Virus genome (UHGV): UHGV-0110205
From: a virus
DNA length: 10,816 bases
Reading direction: 5' to 3' (one strand)
The translations under genes and the position numbers were made by a program. Of the stretch, positions 6,496-10,816 are shown piece after piece; the first letter of the stretch is position 1; each line of letters begins with the position of its first letter. Below the pieces are notes generated by a model. That model saw only the letters and a list, made by a program, of their open reading frames with translations. It was not told where the DNA came from and ran no database searches.

Positions 6496-7464
6496 TTAGT
6501 AGGTTATTTTTGTTGCGAATACTTCGCCTTTTACGATGGCTGTTATGATATTTTTAGCAACATCTTCTGATGCGCCAACCTTGATAAGGTCAGCAAGTAT
6601 TTTGTTATTTACTTCTTTCCGGTGAGCTTTATCCTTTGCTCTACGCTCTTCTTCTTCCTTGATTCTTTTTTCTTCTGCTATTCTGGCTTGCTCTTTTGCT
6701 TCAGCATCGCGACGGATTCGTTCAGCCTCCTCCTGTGCTTTTCTGCGTTCTGCTTCAATTGCTGCCTGCTTTTCTCTTTCAGCTCGTTCTGCTGCCTCTT
6801 TTGCTTCGCGCTGTGCTCGCTGCTCGGCTTCAATGCGTTCACGCTCTGCACGTTCCGCTGCGGCCTTAGCTTCTGCTTCTCGCCTTGCTGCTGCTTCAAT
6901 TTCGTCTTTTGCCTTTGCTTCGGCTTCTGCTCTGGCTTTCTCTTCAGCTTCTCTTTTTAAGCGTTCTTCATGCTCTCGCTTTTCCTGCTCCGCTTTGAGT
7001 CTTGCCTCTTCTCTTTGGCGGTCAAATTCGCGATCCATCAAAATAGCTATTTCATGGTCAGACTCAATTTGCTTTGCGAGAGCTTCAGCTGCTGCCTTAG
7101 CTTCTTCTTCGGCTTTAATCCGCGCCTGTTCTTCCTCATAATCAGTAAGAGGCTGGCGTGCCTTGGCTTTCAGCTCATCAAGGCGATCACGCACTGTCTT
7201 GCGGTTGGCATCAATTAGCTTTGGAATTTCCTTCAGTTCAGCCACAAGGTCTTTGCCAAGACCATCGAGATATGTTTTCGTCTGCGCAACTTTATACGCC
7301 AGAGAAGCGATCTCCTTTCTGCCCTTTGCCGTTGTGATATCAGGCACAAAGGACATAACTTCACGTTCAACCTTTTGAAGGATTTCTTCAATCTGGTCGG
7401 CAGACTGAAATACAGTCATTGCATTTGATTTTTCAATAACAACTAAATCTGTTACTTCACTCAT
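6496..7464 (-). CDS. 322-aa protein with long E/R/A/K-rich predicted alpha-helical (coiled-coil or single-helix) central domain; function unknown
   Basis: GGAGGA 3-4 nt upstream of ATG 7464. Globular N-terminus (~110 aa), ~170-aa low-complexity charged segment (EEARLKAEQEKREHEERLKREAEEKARAEAEAKAK...), short C-terminal domain. Coding strand fixed by operon context. Confidence 0.85.
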   Translation of the reverse strand: MSEVTDLVVIEKSNAMTVFQSADQIEEILQKVEREVMSFVPDITTAKGRKEIASLAYKVAQTKTYLDGLGKDLVAELKEIPKLIDANRKTVRDRLDELKAKARQPLTDYEEEQARIKAEEEAKAAAEALAKQIESDHEIAILMDREFDRQREEARLKAEQEKREHEERLKREAEEKARAEAEAKAKDEIEAAARREAEAKAAAERAERERIEAEQRAQREAKEAAERAEREKQAAIEAERRKAQEEAERIRRDAEAKEQARIAEEKRIKEEEERRAKDKAHRKEVNNKILADLIKVGASEDVAKNIITAIVKGEVFATKITY

Positions 7465-7475
7465 ATATCCTCCGT

Positions 7476-7503
7476 CAAAAAAATCGCCCTCACATTAGAG
7501 GGC
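7476..7503 (-). terminator. Rho-independent terminator (minus strand), tL1-like, directly upstream of the 322-aa gene
   Basis: 6-bp stem gccctc/gagggc (7486-7491, 7498-7503) with 6-nt loop; on the minus strand followed by gauuuuuuug (revcomp of 7476-7485). Confidence 0.55.
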
Positions 7504-7565
7504 AAAGAAGATTTCCAATAATCAGAACAAGTCGGCTCCTGTTTAGTTACGAGCGACATTGCTCC

Positions 7566-7593
7566 GTGTATTCACTCGTTGGAATGAATACAC
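7566..7593. repeat. Perfect 9-bp inverted repeat (gtgtattca ... tgaatacac) with 10-nt spacer in intergenic region
   Basis: 7566-7574 and 7585-7593 are exact reverse complements. No U-tract on the minus strand; candidate protein-binding site or RNA processing hairpin. Confidence 0.3.
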
Positions 7594-7639
7594 AGTGCAG
7601 TGTTTATTCTGTTGTTTATGCCAAAAATAAAGGCCACCA

Positions 7640-7891
7640 TCAGGCAGCCTTGTTGTAAATGTTGCAGGTATCAAGTAAGTAATTAGATGGAGCGCCATAA
7701 ATTATGAACTCATCGTTTGTCGGGTCCATCTCCATCTCTTGGCCTATTGCCATTCTTGCGTCAGTGTCATCAGCGGCGAAGCATAAAACAGCCCACGCCC
7801 ACATTGTTTTAAAAAGAACTGCAATTGGCTGTGGTTTTACTGAATTTGCGTTAGCGCGAAAATCACAAATCGCACTTTCATGAAATTCCAT
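7640..7891 (-). CDS. Hypothetical protein, 83 aa, immediately downstream of N (position of ral in lambda)
   Basis: GAGGTG 4 nt upstream of ATG 7891; begins 9 nt after N stop. C-terminus ...YNKAA faintly recalls lambda Ral (...NNKAA), but the rest does not obviously match. Confidence 0.55.
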   Translation of the reverse strand: MEFHESAICDFRANANSVKPQPIAVLFKTMWAWAVLCFAADDTDARMAIGQEMEMDPTNDEFIIYGAPSNYLLDTCNIYNKAA

Positions 7892-7899
7892 ATCTCACC

Positions 7900-8232
7900 T
7901 CAATCGTAATAAGCTGGAATTGATTTTCCGCGTTGCTTCTGGCGGCCTGAACAAGTCACACCAATTTCACTGCGTGGCTTGCTGTACCATGTGCGCTGAT
8001 TCTTGCGCTCAATACGTTGCAGGTTGCTTTCAATCTGTTCGTGGTATTTAGCCAGCACCGTAAGGTCTATCGGATTCAGTGCGCTTTCTACTCGTGATTT
8101 CGGTTTGCGATTCAGCGAGAGAATAGGGCGGTTAACTGGTTTTGCGCTTACCCCAACCAACAGGGGATTTGCTGCTTTCCATTGAGCCTGTTTCTCTGAG
8201 CGACGTTCGCGGCGGCGTGCTTGTGCATCCAT
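7900..8232 (-). CDS. N: Antitermination protein N (lambda N family)
   Basis: 110-aa ORF MDAQARRRERRSEKQAQWKAANPLLVGVSAKPVNRPILSLNRKPKSRVESALNPIDLTVLA... is near-identical to recalled lambda N, including the Arg-rich boxB-binding motif. GGAGA 5 nt upstream of ATG 8232. Confidence 0.95.
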   Translation of the reverse strand: MDAQARRRERRSEKQAQWKAANPLLVGVSAKPVNRPILSLNRKPKSRVESALNPIDLTVLAKYHEQIESNLQRIERKNQRTWYSKPRSEIGVTCSGRQKQRGKSIPAYYD

Positions 8233-8233
8233 T

Positions 8234-8365
8234 TTATTCTCCTTTGAGCAACTTCATCGCTTCATCAATACGTGATTGTGTCCCTGCGTTTGACTCCACT
8301 TCTTGAATTCGGCGTGCGTCCTCAAGGAGTTTCGCAATCATTTCTTTAAGCGCTTCGTTATTCAT
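8234..8365 (-). CDS. Candidate small ORF (43 aa) in the nutL-N leader
   Basis: AGGAGA 7 nt upstream of ATG 8365; MNNEALKEMIAKLLEDARRIQEVESNAGTQSRIDEAMKLLKGE (helical, charged). Stop is 2 nt before the N start and overlaps the N SD. Could instead be non-coding leader. Confidence 0.35.
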   Translation of the reverse strand: MNNEALKEMIAKLLEDARRIQEVESNAGTQSRIDEAMKLLKGE

Positions 8366-8475
8366 GGTCATTCTCCTGTCAGTTAGCTTTGAGTAACGCG
8401 CCGTGATGCTTATCTCCACGGTTGCTGTCTTGCAGCTGCATTTCGCGCTACTCAAAGCCTTCTGCTTTGAATGCT

Positions 8476-8506
8476 GCCCTTCTTCAGGGCTTAATTTTTA
8501 AGAGCC
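8476..8506 (-). promoter_or_regulatory. nutL (boxA + boxB) N-utilisation site
   Basis: Minus strand reads GGCTCTTAAAAATTAAGCCCTGAAGAAGGGC. boxB GCCCTGAAGAAGGGC is identical to lambda nutL boxB; boxA GGCTCTTA is one mismatch from CGCTCTTA. Confidence 0.7.
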
Positions 8507-8545
8507 TCACCTTCATGGTGGTCAGCGCGTCCTGCTGATGGCTAA

Positions 8546-8574
8546 ATAGTACGATTTGTACTTTATCGAGTCAA
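8546..8574 (-). promoter_or_regulatory. PL early-left promoter (-35 TTGACT, 17-bp spacer, -10 TACTAT)
   Basis: Reverse complement of 8569-8574 is TTGACT and of 8546-8551 is TACTAT. Faces nutL and N. Spacer contains the palindrome AGTACgatttGTACT. Confidence 0.5.
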
Positions 8575-8620
8575 TACAAAATGTTCTAAATATAACTACT
8601 TTTTTATAACGCTTTGTATT
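8548..8620. promoter_or_regulatory. Candidate OL operator sites (15-bp AGTAC-N5-GTACT type)
   Basis: Perfect palindrome AGTACgatttGTACT at 8548-8562. Degenerate copies AATACaaaatGTTCT (8573-8587) and ATAACgctttGTATT (8606-8620), spaced 25 and 33 bp. Same motif class recurs at OR. Confidence 0.35.
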
Positions 8621-8635
8621 TAATGGGTTTATATT

Positions 8636-8669
8636 TTGGAAAAAGAAAACCCGACGCTAAGGTCGGGTT
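8636..8669 (-). terminator. Rho-independent terminator downstream of the repressor gene
   Basis: 8-bp stem aacccgac/gtcgggtt (8648-8655, 8662-8669), 6-nt loop; minus-strand U-tract uuucuuuuucc (revcomp of 8636-8647). 30 nt after the cI stop. Confidence 0.55.
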
Positions 8670-8699
8670 ATTGTTGTGTGTTTTAGAGTTGTGAGGCTG

Positions 8700-9359
8700 T
8701 TAACTAAATGTCTCTTCAGGCCACTGGCTGGCGATAACTTTCCCTACTACGGAACAGCTATCATTGCATGGAATCATTGGATATTGCGGGTTTAGTGGTT
8801 GTAGAAACACCTGACCGCTATCCCTGATTAGTTTCTTGAAGGTAAACTCATCACCTCCAAGTCTGGCTATGCAGAAATCACCTGGCTCAACAGCCTGCTC
8901 AGGGTCAACCAGAATTAACATTCCGTCAGGAAAGCTTGGCTTGTAGCCTGTTGGTGCGGTCATGGAATTACCTTCAACCTCAAGCCAGAATGCAGAATCA
9001 CTGGCTTTTTTGGTTGTGCTTACCCATTTCTCCGCATCGCCTTTGGTAAAGGTTCTAAGCTCAGGCGAGAACATCCCGGCCTGAACATGAGAAAAAACAG
9101 GGTACTCATATTGTTTTTTAACGGGGGCAGATGAGTATTCGCCAACAGGTGAAAATGTACCGTCGTGGTTGAATGAGACGTTATCAATACCAAGGTATTT
9201 AAACACCACACCAATCTCGTCAAGAGATGGATGACGAGATCCGCGCAACCAGTGACCAATTCCACCCTGCGTCATACCAAGCTCTTCAGCTAACTTCTCT
9301 TGAGTTATGCCGAGCTCTTTCATTCTGGATCTAGCCAGTTCATACCATTTCATTTTCAT
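8700..9359 (-). CDS. cI: Prophage repressor, CI-like (N-terminal HTH plus C-terminal LexA-type S24 autopeptidase domain); not lambda immunity
   Basis: From ATG 9359 ([37 protein letters not shown]...): XRE-type HTH; C-terminal domain with Ala-Gly (HVQAGMF), Ser (EGNSMTAP) and Lys (FTFKKL). Start could be 9353 or 9401. Divergent from cro. Confidence 0.9.
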   Translation of the reverse strand: MKMKWYELARSRMKELGITQEKLAEELGMTQGGIGHWLRGSRHPSLDEIGVVFKYLGIDNVSFNHDGTFSPVGEYSSAPVKKQYEYPVFSHVQAGMFSPELRTFTKGDAEKWVSTTKKASDSAFWLEVEGNSMTAPTGYKPSFPDGMLILVDPEQAVEPGDFCIARLGGDEFTFKKLIRDSGQVFLQPLNPQYPMIPCNDSCSVVGKVIASQWPEETFS

Positions 9360-9368
9360 ACCCTTATT

Positions 9369-9442
9369 ATTACGCTCTGTACTAAAACCATCCATGCACA
9401 AGATGTATTTTTTGTTTGCATTCTAAAAGTACATATCGTATT
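9369..9442. promoter_or_regulatory. Candidate OR operator sites (same 15-bp motif class as OL)
   Basis: TTACgctctGTACT (9370-9383), TGCACaagatGTATT (9394-9408), AGTACatatcGTATT (9428-9442); spacings 25 and 34 bp. The last overlaps the PR spacer and -10. Confidence 0.35.
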
Positions 9443-9444
9443 AT
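9416..9444 (+). promoter_or_regulatory. PR early-right promoter (-35 TTGCAT, 17-bp spacer, -10 TATTAT)
   Basis: TTGCAT at 9416-9421 and TATTAT at 9439-9444; about 27 nt upstream of the cro ATG; SD GGAGGG at 9462-9467. Confidence 0.5.
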
Positions 9445-9470
9445 TGTTTCATGGTTACTATGGAGGGCAT

Positions 9471-9686
9471 ATGAGCAACCTACGAAAATATCGAGAGTCA
9501 CTGAATATCTCTCAAACAACACTTGCTAAGGCAGTTGGATGCACACAGGGAGCTATCGGACATTGGGAATCTGGTCGTCGCTTCCCAGACCTTAAAACAT
9601 GCCGTGCTCTTGTTGAGTGCCTAAACAAGTTAGGCGCAAAAGTCAGTCTTGATGACGTGTTCCCGCCGGAACACAAAGCCGCTTAA
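9471..9686 (+). CDS. cro: Cro-like HTH repressor
   Basis: 71 aa from ATG 9471 (MSNLRKYRESLNISQTTLAKAVGCTQGAIGHWESGRRFP...), XRE-type HTH. GGAGGG 4 nt upstream. The ORF-track N-terminal extension crosses the operator region and is rejected. Confidence 0.85.
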   Translation: MSNLRKYRESLNISQTTLAKAVGCTQGAIGHWESGRRFPDLKTCRALVECLNKLGAKVSLDDVFPPEHKAA

Positions 9687-9694
9687 GACATTCC

Positions 9695-9726
9695 CGCTCT
9701 TACACATCCCAGCCCTGAAAAAGGGC
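9695..9726 (+). promoter_or_regulatory. nutR (boxA CGCTCTTA + boxB GCCCTGAAAAAGGGC)
   Basis: Both elements match lambda nutR as recalled; located just after the cro stop. Confidence 0.75.
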
Positions 9727-9750
9727 ATCAAATTAAACCACACCTATGGT

Positions 9751-9770
9751 GTATGCATTTATTTGCATAC
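9751..9770 (+). promoter_or_regulatory. Lambda-like tR1 / cII leader region with 7-bp inverted repeat (gtatgca-N6-tgcatac)
   Basis: Sequence 9727-9805 appears identical to the lambda nutR-tR1-cII leader as recalled (ATCAAATTAAACCACACCTATGGTGTATGCATTTATTTGCATACATTCAATCAATTGTTATCTAAGGAAATACTTACAT). Confidence 0.35.
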
Positions 9771-9805
9771 ATTCAATCAATTGTTATCTAAGGAAATACT
9801 TACAT

Positions 9806-10084
9806 ATGCAACTTACAAGTACTCGCAAGAAAGCGAATGCAATTACAAGCAACATCCTGAATCGAATTGCTGTACGTGGTCAGCGAAAGGTTGCCGACGC
9901 GTTAGGGATTAATGAATCGCAAATTTCGCGATGGAAAGACAGCTTCATCCCCAAAATGGGAATGCTTCTGGCTGTTCTTGAATGGGGTGTTGAAGACGAG
10001 GAGTTGGCGGAACTGGCTAAGAAAGTAGCCAGAATGCTGACAAAAGAAAAAGCCCCGAAGAACGGCGAATTCTTCGAGGCCTAA
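9806..10084 (+). CDS. cII: CII-like transcriptional activator
   Basis: 92 aa from ATG 9806 with lambda-identical SD AAGGA; C-terminal ISRWKDSFIPKMGMLLAVLEWGVEDEELAELAKKVARMLT parallels lambda CII; N-terminus diverges. Confidence 0.85.
   Translation: MQLTSTRKKANAITSNILNRIAVRGQRKVADALGINESQISRWKDSFIPKMGMLLAVLEWGVEDEELAELAKKVARMLTKEKAPKNGEFFEA
9839..9852 (-). promoter_or_regulatory. TTGC-N6-TTGC direct repeat (candidate CII-binding site / PRE -35 region)
   Basis: Minus strand reads TTGCttgtaaTTGC, inside the 5' end of cII as in lambda PRE. Distance to the lambda-like -10 (AAGTAT near 9790-9800) is longer than in lambda. Confidence 0.25.
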
Positions 10085-10108
10085 TGTAGAAAGACTGGAT
10101 CAATCCAC
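10042..10108 (-). ncRNA. oop: OOP-like antisense RNA (candidate) with pO -10 and intrinsic terminator overlapping the cII 3' end
   Basis: Minus strand has TGtCATAAT extended -10 (revcomp of 10116-10124); 5' region GTGGATTGATCCAGT resembles lambda OOP GTTGATAGATCCAGT as recalled; hairpin cgaagaa/ttcttcg (10056-10076) then cuuuuucuuuug. Confidence 0.45.
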
Positions 10109-10118
10109 AGGAGTAATT

Positions 10119-10286
10119 ATGACAAAACGTCGTAAGAAATACCAGGAAAAAGAAGAGATTCGACACCCTGATTCACCTGAGGGATTAGTGGTAGCCGCAG
10201 CAAATAACAGGGCGTTCGCAGAGCGCCTTGTTGGTGTTTACAGACTAGCCAAAGCAGGAGTGAAACATGGGCGTCGTTAAGTTAGC
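10119..10286 (+). CDS. Candidate 55-aa ORF starting at the lambda-O-like start codon context
   Basis: CAGGAG 5 nt upstream of ATG 10119 (AGGAGTaATTATGACAAA matches the lambda O start context); MTKRRKKYQEKEEIRHPDSPEGLVVAAANNRAFAERLVGVYRLAKAGGETWASLS. Overlaps the rep gene start by 19 nt. Confidence 0.3.
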
Positions 10287-10816
10287 TGATTACAGGCATA
10301 ACCCTGTACAACATCAGGAGGCATCCAGTATGGGGTATGTCTCTATACACCGCCAGTTTATGGACAGCAGGCTCTATAAGGACTCTCAGGCAGTACATCT
10401 TTGGCTTCACTTAATCCTCAAGGCTAATCACGAATCTACTGTCGTCAATACGGATATCGGTCCGATAACTGTTGATCGCGGTCAGATGATAACTGGACGC
10501 CCGTCGCTGGTCAGAGAAACATTCATCCCCGACAACAAAGTTCGGAGCTTATTACGGACTTTTGAGTCGAAAGGGATGCTTAATATTTGCTCGATGGGGA
10601 AGAAATTTAGCCTGTTTACAATCGTTAAATATGACGATTTTCAGGCAAAAAATTGTCCAACGGTTGTCCAACGGTTGTCCAACGCAAACACCAGTAATGG
10701 CGCGGCTCTCAGCGGAGATTGTCCAACGGTTGTCCAACGGTTGTCCATAAACAATAATATAAATAATATCTCTAATACTGACGTATTAGAGAGTGCCACA
10801 GCAGATAAAAAGTCTG
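10268..10816 (+). CDS. O-like replication initiator, N-terminal part (runs off window end); contains ori iterons
   Basis: Open frame from ATG 10268 (AGGAGG 6 nt upstream) to window end, 183 codons, no stop. Alternative start ATG 10331 also has an SD. Missing from ORF track because it has no stop. Confidence 0.8.
10654..10790 (+). repeat. Replication origin: six 11-bp direct iterons (TTGTCCAACGG) in two triplets plus AT-rich region
   Basis: Iterons at 10654, 10665, 10676, 10720, 10731 and 10742 (last degenerate TTGTCCATAAA), separated by a 33-bp spacer, followed by aaacaataatataaataatatctctaatact. Lambda-ori-like architecture inside the initiator gene. Confidence 0.7.

Noticed and set aside
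6622-7378. Plus-strand ORFs of 112, 160, 82 and 71 aa and a minus-strand 73-aa ORF inside the 322-aa gene
   Set aside because: They are alternate-frame or antisense readings of the low-complexity GAA/GCG/AAG-rich coding DNA (Ser/Ala/Leu/Cys/Phe-rich translations), with no RBS and entirely inside a well-supported gene.
8369-8455. Longer 73-aa version of the N-leader ORF (start 8455) overlapping nutL
   Set aside because: Its start would lie within or next to boxB with no RBS; if the ORF is real, the internal ATG at 8365 with an AGGAGA SD is the plausible start.
8456-8700. Possible rexA/rexB-like or other immunity-linked genes between the repressor and PL
   Set aside because: The interval is only about 240 bp, AT-rich, and occupied by a terminator, operator-like palindromes and PL; no ORF with an RBS.
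9300-9470. Upstream extension of cro (ORF-track start 9300) and the upstream cI start at 9401
   Set aside because: Both extensions would run through the operator/promoter region; real starts with SDs are at 9471 (cro) and 9359 (cI).
10013-10032. Hairpin ctggcta/tagccag inside cII as a terminator
   Set aside because: No U-tract on either strand; probably coincidental secondary structure within coding sequence.
10552-10750. Two 61-62-aa ORFs on opposite strands over the iteron array
   Set aside because: Their peptides are iteron-generated repeats (VQRLSNGCP / PLDNRWTI), out of frame with the continuous initiator ORF that has a strong SD.
10654-10752. CRISPR array as an explanation for the tandem 11-bp repeats
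   Set aside because: Repeats are only 11 bp, directly abutting or separated by a single 33-bp spacer, and lie inside a replication initiator ORF followed by an AT-rich tract: an ori iteron array.

Overview
This window is the left arm and immunity region of an integrated mosaic lambdoid prophage (lambda-type N/nut/cII blocks combined with a P22-type integrase and Erf recombination module), inserted next to the 3' end of a tRNA-Thr gene. Read from high to low coordinates on the minus strand: hetero-immune cI-like repressor, PL/OL, nutL, a small leader ORF, N antiterminator, an 83-aa ORF, an intrinsic terminator, a 322-aa E/R/A/K-rich helical protein, cIII, kil, an arf-position ORF, erf, ssb, an abc2-like gene, a run of accessory (ea-type) genes including Ead/Ea22-like and DUF550/MazG-like proteins, a moron-like unit with its own promoter and terminator, a 114-aa gene, xis and int. 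On the plus strand: OR/PR, cro, nutR, cII, an OOP-like antisense RNA locus, a 55-aa ORF, and the 5' part of an O-like replication initiator containing ori iterons. All calls come from reading the sequence and from recalled family knowledge; no database search was run. Family names given from memory of motifs (Abc2, Ead/Ea22, DUF550, Kil, thrW) are hypotheses that need verification. The most likely places for undescribed biology are the accessory genes between xis and abc2 and the 322-aa helical protein.
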